The position numbers were made by a program, and so were the translations under genes. The notes under the pieces were generated by a model. That model did not search any database. It was not told where the DNA came from and saw nothing but the letters and a program-made list of their open reading frames with translations. From an uncultured Leptospirales bacterium (GTDB taxonomy: Bacteria; Spirochaetota; UBA4802; UBA5550), in NCBI GenBank assembly GCA_964392365.1, contig CAYMPH010000010.1, forward strand, positions 69,387 through 133,386: a stretch of DNA of 64,000 bases, read 5' to 3'. This document shows positions 46,365 to 55,107 of this stretch, in pieces. Every line of letters starts with the position of its first letter. Within the stretch, counting starts at the first letter, position 1.

Positions 46365-47423
46365 ATGCCATATAAACTAAAACCATCTAAAAGAAAGTCT
46401 TCTAATGATAAAAATTTTAAGTATGATTTGTCTTGTAGATATAAAGGAGAAGCATATCGGAAAAGGGTATCTTGTCCTAAATCTGAAATTCAAACTATTT
46501 ATCATAAATGGAAGGCTACAATCTTTGACGGAAGTATTAAAAAGAAAGACTGCTTGCTCTTTGAAAACCTGTCCTTTTATAGAGAATCTAAAAAAAATGA
46601 AGTATCTGAAAATTATTTCAAACTAACTGAATCAAAATGGAAAAAGATAAGAACTATTTTAAAAGATATTCCATTAAGTGAATTTAGAAGATGTGATGTT
46701 GAAAAAATAAAAATTACACTCATTAAAGAAGGTTATGGCAATTCAACTGTCAATAGTTATGTTGTACAAATGAGTGATTATTTTTCTTGGTTAATTAAAA
46801 ATGAATTTTGGGAAAAAGTTAATCCTGCTTTTAAACAAAAGTTAAAAGAACGCAATCAAAGAGTTATTGACTTAACAGATAATCAGATTAAAGAACTTTT
46901 AACACTTGCTGAAAAACAATCTGAAGAATTTTATTTAGTTATACTAATTGCAGTAATGTGTGGAATGAGACAAGATGAAATATTAAAATTAAAATGGGAA
47001 GAAATAGACTTAAAAAATAGAATAATTAAACTTCCCGCCAGTAGAACAAAAAATAAAAAATCAAGAAATGTTCCAGTGTTTGAAACTTTATTTAAACTCA
47101 TTCAGGATTATAGGAAACAGCACCCATTTCAAAAAGAAGTTTTTCAAAAATACTACAATTCTAAAAGATGGGGATTTCTAACTGAATGGGAAAAATTCAG
47201 AAATCAACTATCATTTGCAACACTTAATGATGAATTAAAGAAATTTAGATTTCATGATTTACGACATTTATCAGCCTCAATCATGATTCAAGCAGGATTA
47301 TCAATGCAGGAAGTTCAACAAATACTTGGACACTGTGATGTTAGAATAACTCAAACAAGATATGCTAACCAAGAAATAAAACATATCGACATCAATAAAC
47401 TTTCAAAAGTTCTTCCACTCTAA
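46365..47423 (+). CDS. Tyrosine recombinase/integrase
   Basis: Catalytic set GMRQDEI (R), RTKN (K), FHDLRH (HxxR), LGH and TRY (Y). Confidence 0.95.
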   Translation: MPYKLKPSKRKSSNDKNFKYDLSCRYKGEAYRKRVSCPKSEIQTIYHKWKATIFDGSIKKKDCLLFENLSFYRESKKNEVSENYFKLTESKWKKIRTILKDIPLSEFRRCDVEKIKITLIKEGYGNSTVNSYVVQMSDYFSWLIKNEFWEKVNPAFKQKLKERNQRVIDLTDNQIKELLTLAEKQSEEFYLVILIAVMCGMRQDEILKLKWEEIDLKNRIIKLPASRTKNKKSRNVPVFETLFKLIQDYRKQHPFQKEVFQKYYNSKRWGFLTEWEKFRNQLSFATLNDELKKFRFHDLRHLSASIMIQAGLSMQEVQQILGHCDVRITQTRYANQEIKHIDINKLSKVLPL

Positions 47424-47706
47424 AATACTCTAATTATAAAAAACAAATATAATTTTGTTGACTGTGATATACAGAATTATAAAGTGATATACAGAAATAT
47501 TGCATAATTGCCTGTTTTTTATACAACGATTATACAACGATTTTTTAATTTACTAACTATTACATATACAATTTTATATCAATGTTTAAAAAATTAGCTT
47601 TTTTATGAACATTTACAAATTTTGTTATTAAAAATTCAAGGGAAGCATGAGCCCGAAAACTCTGGGGGTCATGTGGTCGGAGGTTCAAATCCTCTCGTCC
47701 CGAAAT
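47388..47706 (+). repeat. att scar copy 1: integrase C-terminus + arm-type repeats + tRNA-Pro 3' half
   Basis: Aligns with 48468-48786; internal direct repeats TGATATACAGAA x2 and TATACAACGA x2. Confidence 0.8.
47662..47703 (+). tRNA. tRNA-Pro(GGG) 3' half only (attachment-site fragment)
   Basis: CTGGGGG-TCATG-TGGTC-GGAGG-TTCAAAT-CCTCT-CGTCCCG-A; no D-arm or acceptor 5' strand upstream. Confidence 0.75.
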
Positions 47707-47747
47707 GCATAAACAGATATTGCATAAAATATCACTTTAATTATTTA

Positions 47748-48419
47748 TCATTTTCTTTTTATAAAAACAATATTTTCTAAATCCCTCAGCTTATCGTCTG
47801 TAATATTTGTAAGCTTAATTTTATTTGAATCAATAATAACAATTGTAAAATTTGCATTTATCTTTTCAGTCCATGCTTTAGGATATCCTTTTTCGTCACA
47901 ACAAACCCCCCTGCTGATAAAACCGCTGGATTTAACATTATATTTTTTACCATCTTTTTCTAAATAATCAAGATTAAACTCCAGGCTTTCCATTAAATTA
48001 GGATAATAATTTATTTTTAAATCAGAAATTGAAAGAGAAAAATTTCCATCTGGAGAATCAGATGCCTTTGCAAAATTCCCCTGGATTTCTTTTGGAAAAA
48101 ATGATTTGATATTAGAATAAGTTTCGCTTAATAAAAATCCTCCAAAAACCCAGCCTGTTTTATCGTTCACTTCAACTTTCATCCATTTGCCAATTACACC
48201 TGATATTTTAACTTCTTCATTCTTTTTTTCAATAACATTGACTTTAGTATTATAAGGTAATAATTGAATCGGTATACCTGTATTTTCAGGAGTTTCTCTT
48301 ATCCAGAGCCCGTTTTTGGAAGAAACATAATAATAATCAGAATCTGCAGAAATTACTGTTTGTGGAAATATTAAAAAATAAAATCCAGTAATTGAAATTA
48401 TTAAAATAATTTTTTTCAT
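47748..48419 (-). CDS. Secreted SH3-domain protein
   Basis: Start revised to ATG 48419 (MKKIILIISITGFYFLIFPQ..); GLWIRETP...GKWMKV...GWVFGGFL. Confidence 0.8.
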   Translation of the reverse strand: MKKIILIISITGFYFLIFPQTVISADSDYYYVSSKNGLWIRETPENTGIPIQLLPYNTKVNVIEKKNEEVKISGVIGKWMKVEVNDKTGWVFGGFLLSETYSNIKSFFPKEIQGNFAKASDSPDGNFSLSISDLKINYYPNLMESLEFNLDYLEKDGKKYNVKSSGFISRGVCCDEKGYPKAWTEKINANFTIVIIDSNKIKLTNITDDKLRDLENIVFIKRK

Positions 48420-48467
48420 ATTAAATTTCTCTCTTATAACGATTAAAATTCTATAAAATAACAAAAC

Positions 48468-48786
48468 GACATTAATAGACTGTCAAAAGTTCTATCACTT
48501 TAAAATACTCTAAAAATAAAAACAAATATAATTTTGTTGACTGTGATAAACAGAATTATAAAATGATATACAGAAATATTGCATAATTGTCTGTTTTAGT
48601 ATAACGATTATACAACGGTTTATATTTAAGGTTAACAATTACATAAGCAAGTAATGTAAAAAAAGTACATAAAATAATCCTTTTTCTGTACATTAATAGA
48701 TTTTATTATTAAAAATTTAAGGGAAGCATGAGCCTGAAATCTCCTGGGTCATGTGGCTGCCGGTTCGAATCCGGTCGTCCCGAAAT
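48468..48786 (+). repeat. att scar copy 2: integrase C-terminal remnant (DINRLSKVLSL*) + arm repeats + second tRNA-Pro-like 3' half
   Basis: Homologous to 47388-47706 (DINKLSKVLPL*). Confidence 0.8.
48742..48783 (+). tRNA. tRNA-Pro-like 3' half only; anticodon loop not canonical
   Basis: TCCTGGG-TCATG-TGGCT-GCCGG-TTCGAAT-CCGGT-CGTCCCG-A. Confidence 0.65.
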
Positions 48787-48799
48787 CTACAGGTAAAAA

Positions 48800-49618
48800 A
48801 TGAATATAGATACTTTCTTCATTAAAGAACAGGTTATAAAACTAAAGTCCAAAGAGAAACAGCATGTATTCAAAGAACTGGTTGATAAGCTGCATGAACT
48901 CAATCTTATTGAAAACAAGGAAAGATTCTATGCCCAGATAATTCACAGGGAATCCCTTGAAAATACTGGAATCGGAAACGGCCTTGCCATACCTCATGCA
49001 CGGACTGAATCAGTTAAAGAATATATTTCAATATTCGGTATTCTCGATGAAGGAATTGACTATCAGTCTTTTGACGGCAAACCGGTCCGATATATACTTC
49101 TCAGCATTTTTCCATCTGAACTGAGCACTAAATATCTTTATTTAATAGGAATGATGGCAAGAATCTTCTCAAACAAAGAAAAAAGGAAAATTTTTGATGA
49201 GGAAACCAAACCTGCAAAAATCTACACCATGTTAAAAAATGAAGCTAAATCATATTTCGAAGCTTTGTCAGATAAAAAAAGCAGTTTCAAAGATATACCT
49301 GATACCCTTACAGGAGTTCCGTCTTCAGACCTTGATCTTCTAATCAGACTTGACCGTCTTTTTCATCTTTTCGATGAAGGTGAAAAAAGCGATGCTTTTA
49401 TTAAGAAAATTGATGATCTGAAAAAACTTATTGATGCAAGATCATTGAAATATTATGAAAGAATGAGAAGCAAACACAACAATCCTTTTTCAATTCTTGA
49501 AAAAGCCAGCTGCTCAGGTTGTCATCTGGGAATTCCTCCGATTGAAATTAATAAAATTAAAGAAGGTAAGGAAATTGCCATATGCACACATTGCGGAAGG
49601 TTTCTTATTGTAGTTTAA
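48800..49618 (+). CDS. PTS EIIA (fructose/mannitol/Ntr-type) domain fused to a C-terminal C4 zinc ribbon
   Basis: RESLENTGIGNGLAIPHAR (phospho-His motif); CSGCH...CTHCGRFL. Confidence 0.85.
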   Translation: MNIDTFFIKEQVIKLKSKEKQHVFKELVDKLHELNLIENKERFYAQIIHRESLENTGIGNGLAIPHARTESVKEYISIFGILDEGIDYQSFDGKPVRYILLSIFPSELSTKYLYLIGMMARIFSNKEKRKIFDEETKPAKIYTMLKNEAKSYFEALSDKKSSFKDIPDTLTGVPSSDLDLLIRLDRLFHLFDEGEKSDAFIKKIDDLKKLIDARSLKYYERMRSKHNNPFSILEKASCSGCHLGIPPIEINKIKEGKEIAICTHCGRFLIVV

Positions 49619-49641
49619 AATTGTAATATAAACGAATAAAT

Positions 49642-49675
49642 AAAAAGCCCTGAGGTAATTCTCAGGGCTTTTTTT
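49642..49675. terminator. Bidirectional intrinsic terminator
   Basis: AAAAAGCCCTGAG-gtaatt-CTCAGGGCTTTTTTT between convergent genes. Confidence 0.85.
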
Positions 49676-49700
49676 ATAATATTAAATGTCTTTAATTGGA

Positions 49701-50903
49701 TTAAAAATAGAACGAAATCGACGGCATCCAGAAAAAACCGCCCAGTTCCATTTTACCGTTATTTGTGTTTGCTACAAGACCTGGTAAATGTGCTTGATTA
49801 GCAAAATTAACATTTATCCAACCAAGATCATAACCTACAACCAATGAAATAGCAAGCCTTGGTGTAACAAAAAATTCAATCCCTCCTCTGAAAACACCAA
49901 TTGCAGTTTCAAATGCTATTTGAGGTCCAAATTGGTTAACTCCGAATCCTTTACCACCACCCGCTGAAAAAGAATCTTTATAATAACCGAGAAGATTGAT
50001 GTTATAATATTCAATACCTGCAGCTACAAATAAATTCAGCCATCTCAAAGGAGAGAAATTGAAATATAATAAAATTGGAATACCGAACCCTTTAGCATCA
50101 ATAATAAATGGACCAGAATCAGTACCTACGCCAGCTGGTACAAGTTTTGTTTTATCAAATGTTTGATTTGGTATATAGTATAATTGTCCCCAGACGAAAT
50201 CAACTCCTGTGCCAAACATGAGCCATGTTGTGAATCTGTATTTAACCTCTACCCCAACTCTCCTATATAATCCAGTTCCTTCATCAAATCCGGGAAATGG
50301 ATTTATTGTAGGATTACTTCCTGCCATTGTACCGCCTAAAAAATTTACAGATATACCAACACCCATTTTCTTTACATACTGCATATTAAGCAGATCTTCT
50401 TTGACAGTAATCATTTCTTTCTTTTCAACAGAAACAGTTTCTGATATAACCTTACCTGATTCAACATCAACAAGCTTGACTGTGATATTGAACATATCTC
50501 CAAGCTCAGTTATGCTTCCATAAACAAGAGCATCCGCGTTCAGCAGGTTTCCTATATTAACTGCTGAATTCTGGTCTGTCGCTCCTGTGAGCTGTAGTTC
50601 CTGTTCTTTTAAAACTTTATCGAGATTTTTTCTTTCAACAAGATTGAAAATAGTAGTCTGGGAAAATTTACTCGATAAAAGCTCGCTTACTGATTCGCCG
50701 AGTTTTTCTTTTTTTGCTGTTTCGCTGATATTTTCAAAATCTGCAATAGCGAGATTTTTTTTCATTACAATATCTTTACCCTGTTTGTAAGTGGCGGATA
50801 TTTTATTAACAAGTATAGAAATTTCCCTGTTTATTTTCATATCAGCCGCAAAAACAAAAGCAGGAATTAATAATGTAGTGATAACAAGAGATAATTTTTT
50901 CAT
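49701..50903 (-). CDS. CsgG/HfaB/FlgO-like domain + outer-membrane beta-barrel protein
   Basis: Signal peptide; LAIADF...FNLVERKNLDKVLKEQELQLTG...IGNLLNADALVYGSI; C-terminal Phe (ISFYF). Confidence 0.8.
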   Translation of the reverse strand: MKKLSLVITTLLIPAFVFAADMKINREISILVNKISATYKQGKDIVMKKNLAIADFENISETAKKEKLGESVSELLSSKFSQTTIFNLVERKNLDKVLKEQELQLTGATDQNSAVNIGNLLNADALVYGSITELGDMFNITVKLVDVESGKVISETVSVEKKEMITVKEDLLNMQYVKKMGVGISVNFLGGTMAGSNPTINPFPGFDEGTGLYRRVGVEVKYRFTTWLMFGTGVDFVWGQLYYIPNQTFDKTKLVPAGVGTDSGPFIIDAKGFGIPILLYFNFSPLRWLNLFVAAGIEYYNINLLGYYKDSFSAGGGKGFGVNQFGPQIAFETAIGVFRGGIEFFVTPRLAISLVVGYDLGWINVNFANQAHLPGLVANTNNGKMELGGFFWMPSISFYF

Positions 50904-50976
50904 TTTTCCCTCTCTGTTTTAGTTCTTTATATTTGATTGGATTTTTAATATATAATTCTTCAAGTCAATAAGAAAA

Positions 50977-51639
50977 TCATTTAAAAACATCGCCTGCTTC
51001 CTTATACCACAAAACAAAGTCAAGGTGTCCCATAGGAATTGAACTTGATTCTGAAAACTCCTTCAGCAATGTTTCCAGAAATAAATAATTTACTTTTGAT
51101 ATTGTTTTTGGAATTTCATCAATAATTCCAAGCTTAACCATGTTTTTTAAAATATGGCGGTCAAGAATAGCAATATCCTCGCCAAGCCCTATATTCCTGA
51201 GATAATGACTCGCTTCTTTATATCCCATACCTTTAATGTTTGTAACCAGCCATTCCCTTTTTGAAAAAGAATCAGGATAATTTTCAAGAACAGATCTTAA
51301 AGAATTGCTGTTTTTTCCGAAAAATTTTCCACGCGCTTCAACAAGATACGAAGCTTTATTATTCCTGAACCGGACCAGATTTATTTTTTCGCTGATTTCC
51401 GAGCATGTTCCTTTTTTGATTAAATCTTCTTCCAGAAGAATTTCTACGGCTTTCCAGCAGCTTTTTGCATTAGATTGGGGCGTAAACAGGCAGAAAGATA
51501 ACTCGATAAAAAGCTTTTCATCATCTGCTGTATCCCAGATTTTCCTGAATTCAGATAATCTTTTTACAATTTTTGGATGAATTTCTTCATATACAGAATA
51601 AATTTCCTGAAGATATTTTTTATTATATTTTTTTTTCAT
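50977..51639 (-). CDS. ogg: 8-oxoguanine DNA glycosylase/AP lyase (Thermotoga/archaeal OGG2 type)
   Basis: ELSFCLFTPQS, VRFRNNKASY, IKGMGYKEASHYLRNIG and AILDRHIL motifs. Confidence 0.92.
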   Translation of the reverse strand: MKKKYNKKYLQEIYSVYEEIHPKIVKRLSEFRKIWDTADDEKLFIELSFCLFTPQSNAKSCWKAVEILLEEDLIKKGTCSEISEKINLVRFRNNKASYLVEARGKFFGKNSNSLRSVLENYPDSFSKREWLVTNIKGMGYKEASHYLRNIGLGEDIAILDRHILKNMVKLGIIDEIPKTISKVNYLFLETLLKEFSESSSIPMGHLDFVLWYKEAGDVFK

Positions 51640-51785
51640 AATTTATAATTTTAACAAGCAAGCATATTATTACGTCAATTCAATTTAATTATAAATAAAT
51701 AAATTACTTGAAATGTTTACATCATGGAATATTCTCGGCTGATAATTTTAAATAAACACTTCAGGAAAAATTAAGGAATCAATAA

Positions 51786-52952
51786 ATGAAAGCTGTACCA
51801 ATTACTGAAAAAATCTTCTGGGTAGGAGCAGTTGACTGGGATCTCCGCAATTTCCACGGATATCTTACGCAAAAAGGTTCAACCTATAATTCATATCTTG
51901 TAATAGATGATAAGGTTACTCTTGTTGATACAGTAAAGATTACCTTTTTTCATGAAATGCTTGAAAGAATAAAATCTGTGATTGATCCTTCTAAAATTGA
52001 TTATATAATATCCAATCATACTGAAATGGACCACTCAGGTTCAATTCCTGAAATCCTTAAATTGTGTCCAAATGCACAAATCATCTGTTCCCCGAACGGA
52101 GTTAAAGGTTTAAAGGAACATTTTAAGAAAGAATGGAATTTTAAAGAAGTTAAATCCGGCGATATTTTAAAAACAGGGAAATACTCCTATAATTTTATAC
52201 TAACGCCAATGATTCACTGGCCGGATAATATGGTATCCTATCTCCCTGAAGAAAAAATTCTTTTCTCAAACGATGCTTTCGGCCAGCATCTTGCCACATC
52301 TGAAAAATTTGATGATGAATATTACTATGAAATAATCATGAATGAAGCGAAAAAATATTACGCAAATATTGTTCTGCCGTATTCCGGCCAGGTTCAGAAA
52401 GCTCTTGCAGATGTTCAGGGGCTTGATATAAAAATTATTGCACCAAGTCACGGTATTATGTGGAGAAAACACATTCCCGAAATCATCAAAGAATACAAGG
52501 CCTGGAGTGAAAATATTATTTCAAAAAAAGCTCTCATTATATATGATACAATGTGGAATTCTACTAAAATAATAGCAAACGGACTTCAGCGGATTTTTAA
52601 TGAAAACGGATACCATACAAAATTATTAAATCTTCAGTTTAATCATATGTCGGACATTATGACTGATGTAATTGATGCAGAATATATTTGTGTCGGGTCC
52701 CCTACTCTGAATAATAATATGCTTCCGACTGTTGCTGCGTTTCTAACTTATCTGAAAGGCCTGGCTCCTAAAAAAAGAAAAGGCCTGGCTTTCGGTTCAT
52801 ACGGCTGGGGAGGTCAGAGCGTTGATTTAATAAATGAAGTTTTGAGTTCTTCAGGTTTTCAAATGCTTGAAAAAATAAAAATGAAATATATTCCTGATGA
52901 AATCAAACTTGAAGAAGAATTAAAAAAATTAGATCTGTTTTTAAAACAATAA
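51786..52952 (+). CDS. fprA: Flavodiiron protein (FprA, A-type flavoprotein)
   Basis: GSTYNSYL, NHTEMDHSG, HWPD, FSNDAFGQH, PSHG, and a flavodoxin domain (GSPTLN, FGSYGW). Confidence 0.95.
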   Translation: MKAVPITEKIFWVGAVDWDLRNFHGYLTQKGSTYNSYLVIDDKVTLVDTVKITFFHEMLERIKSVIDPSKIDYIISNHTEMDHSGSIPEILKLCPNAQIICSPNGVKGLKEHFKKEWNFKEVKSGDILKTGKYSYNFILTPMIHWPDNMVSYLPEEKILFSNDAFGQHLATSEKFDDEYYYEIIMNEAKKYYANIVLPYSGQVQKALADVQGLDIKIIAPSHGIMWRKHIPEIIKEYKAWSENIISKKALIIYDTMWNSTKIIANGLQRIFNENGYHTKLLNLQFNHMSDIMTDVIDAEYICVGSPTLNNNMLPTVAAFLTYLKGLAPKKRKGLAFGSYGWGGQSVDLINEVLSSSGFQMLEKIKMKYIPDEIKLEEELKKLDLFLKQ

Positions 52953-53007
52953 AGATTTGCCTTAATAAATAAACTATATTATCTTGTTTATTAATTGGAG
53001 AATTCAA

Positions 53008-53418
53008 ATGAATCATGTAAAAGAAAAATTACTTGAAAATAAAATAAGTCCTTCTTTTCACAGGATAAAAGTTTATGAATATCTCGTAAAAAATAAAACC
53101 CATCCTTCTGTTGATACAATATATTCAGAGCTTCATGCTGTTATACCAACATTGTCAAAAACAACAATATATAATAATTTAAAAACTTTTATGGAACACG
53201 GAATTGTAATGCCAATTACAATTTCTGAAAATGAAGTCAGGTACGATGCTGATATAACCTTTCATGGACATTTTAAATGCACAGAATGCGGTGAGGTTCA
53301 TGATGTTTTTGATATTGAAAAGTTATGCAGAAAAATGGAAACTGTAGATGGTCACCGTATATCTGATACACAGGTTTATTTCCGTGGCGTATGTAAATCA
53401 TGTCTTGATAATTTATAA
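53008..53418 (+). CDS. perR: Fur-family regulator, PerR-like
   Basis: Start at ATG 53008 after GGAG; HPSVDTIY, RYD, HGHFKCTECG and GVCKSC motifs; sits inside an oxidative-stress cluster. Confidence 0.8.
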   Translation: MNHVKEKLLENKISPSFHRIKVYEYLVKNKTHPSVDTIYSELHAVIPTLSKTTIYNNLKTFMEHGIVMPITISENEVRYDADITFHGHFKCTECGEVHDVFDIEKLCRKMETVDGHRISDTQVYFRGVCKSCLDNL

Positions 53419-53534
53419 TAGACATTTTTTCTTTTTTAAATCAATTTTTATCATAATTAACAGCTAAATAATATTTTTTATTTAAATTAAAAAAAATCTT
53501 GCTTTTTTATGCATAAATTATTAATCTTTAATAA

Positions 53535-53549
53535 TTGTAATCATTACAA
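53535..53549. promoter_or_regulatory. Perfect 7-1-7 palindrome TTGTAAT-C-ATTACAA; putative PerR/Fur box
   Basis: 25 nt upstream of the rubredoxin start; resembles the B. subtilis Per box TTATAATNATTATAA. Confidence 0.65.
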
Positions 53550-53574
53550 TATTATAAAATAAAGAGGTGATCTT

Positions 53575-53733
53575 ATGAAAAAATACGTATGTAAAGTTTG
53601 CGGTTATATTTATGATCCGGCTGCAGGTGATCCTGATAGCGGAATTGCTCCAGGTACACCGTTTGATAAAATTCCTTCTGACTGGGTTTGTCCTGTCTGC
53701 GGAGTTGAGAAAGATTCTTTTGAACCAATGTAA
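53575..53733 (+). CDS. Rubredoxin (52 aa; below the ORF-track cutoff)
   Basis: [52 protein letters not shown]. Confidence 0.97.
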   Translation: MKKYVCKVCGYIYDPAAGDPDSGIAPGTPFDKIPSDWVCPVCGVEKDSFEPM

Positions 53734-53768
53734 TATGCCTGAAACAACTCAAATTTAAGGAGATTCCA

Positions 53769-55094
53769 ATGGATGCAGTTTTTTTATCAAGAATCCAGTT
53801 TGCTCTTACAGCAGGATTTCATTTTTTATTTCCACCTCTTACTTTCGGGGTGGCATTGATACTGGTAATAGTCGAAACATTTTATTTTAAAACCAGAGAT
53901 GAAATATATAAAAAAATATCGAAATTTATTGTAAAAATATTTACTCTCATATTTACAGTAGGTGTTGCAACAGGAATTGTACTTGAATTTTCATTTGGAA
54001 CCAACTGGTCTTCATATTCTAGAATGGTTGGAGATATTTTCGGTGCGCCGCTAGCTGCTGAAGGCATATTGGCATTTTTCCTTGAATCTACTTTTCTTGG
54101 TATACTGATTTTTGGTAGAGAAAAAGTTTCAAAAAATACTTATTATATTGCAGCCATAATGGTTTTTCTTGCATCTCATCTTTCAGGTCTGTGGATTATT
54201 ATTGCCAATTCATGGATGCAGACTCCTGCAGGTTTTGAACTTAAAGACGGAGTCGCAAGGCTGACTGATTTTTTTGCAGCAGCTGTAAATTATTCAACTC
54301 TTCAGAGATATTTTCACACTGTTATTGCAGGCTGGATAACAGGTTCCCTGTTCCTTGCAGGAATTTCGGCCTGGTACGTTAAAAAAAACCGGGATTTAAA
54401 ATATGCAAAACCTCTTCTTGTGATTTCACTCTCAGTTTTTATAATTACATCCGTACTTCAATTCGGTACAGGGCATGCACATGCTGTTCAGGTTGCAAAA
54501 ACACAACCTGAAAAAATGGCATCTTTCGAAGCTTTGTGGAAGACAGAAAAAGGCGCTCAGATGTCATTATTCGGTTTTCCTGATGAAGTAAACAAAAAAA
54601 CTCATTTTGAAATTGCAGTACCGAAATTATTAAGCTTAATGATTGATTTTCAAACAGATTCAGAAGTTAAAGGCCTAAATGAATATAGGAAAGATGAGAA
54701 ACCGCCCCTATTCATAACATATATGAGCTATCATATGATGATCTGGCTTGGAAGTTTATTCGGACTTTTATCAGCTATCGGAGCTTTTTTAATTATAAGA
54801 AAAAAACTATTTGAAGCCCGCTGGTATTTAACAGCACTGATTTTTTCAATACCTTTACCTCTTCTTGCAAATGAAGTCGGATGGATATCTGCAGAAGTTG
54901 GCCGCCAGCCATGGGCCGTTTATAGAATATTAAGAACTGCAGATGCTGCATCCAAAGTTGTTCCGGCAGAGCAGATCCTTTTTACAATTATAATGTTTAC
55001 AATCATATACATTATACTATTCATATTTTTTATAAAACTCTTAAGAAATCTGGTTGATCAGGGACCGGAAAAAATTTCATCAGACGGATATTAA
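53769..55094 (+). CDS. cydA: Cytochrome bd ubiquinol oxidase subunit I
   Basis: RIQFALTAGFHFLF, EFSFGTNW, NSWMQTP, QPEKMASFE and GRQPW motifs. Confidence 0.97.
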   Translation: MDAVFLSRIQFALTAGFHFLFPPLTFGVALILVIVETFYFKTRDEIYKKISKFIVKIFTLIFTVGVATGIVLEFSFGTNWSSYSRMVGDIFGAPLAAEGILAFFLESTFLGILIFGREKVSKNTYYIAAIMVFLASHLSGLWIIIANSWMQTPAGFELKDGVARLTDFFAAAVNYSTLQRYFHTVIAGWITGSLFLAGISAWYVKKNRDLKYAKPLLVISLSVFIITSVLQFGTGHAHAVQVAKTQPEKMASFEALWKTEKGAQMSLFGFPDEVNKKTHFEIAVPKLLSLMIDFQTDSEVKGLNEYRKDEKPPLFITYMSYHMMIWLGSLFGLLSAIGAFLIIRKKLFEARWYLTALIFSIPLPLLANEVGWISAEVGRQPWAVYRILRTADAASKVVPAEQILFTIIMFTIIYIILFIFFIKLLRNLVDQGPEKISSDGY

Positions 55095-55107
55095 GGAGAC
55101 TGAATAT

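Noticed and set aside
47460-47545. Short direct repeats as a mini-CRISPR
   Set aside because: The 10-12-bp repeats lack spacers and cas genes. Their position between the integrase and the att core fits arm-type sites. No CRISPR array was seen anywhere in the window.
47645-48783. Two complete tRNA genes
   Set aside because: No D-arm or acceptor 5' strand upstream and no CCA; only 3' halves are present.
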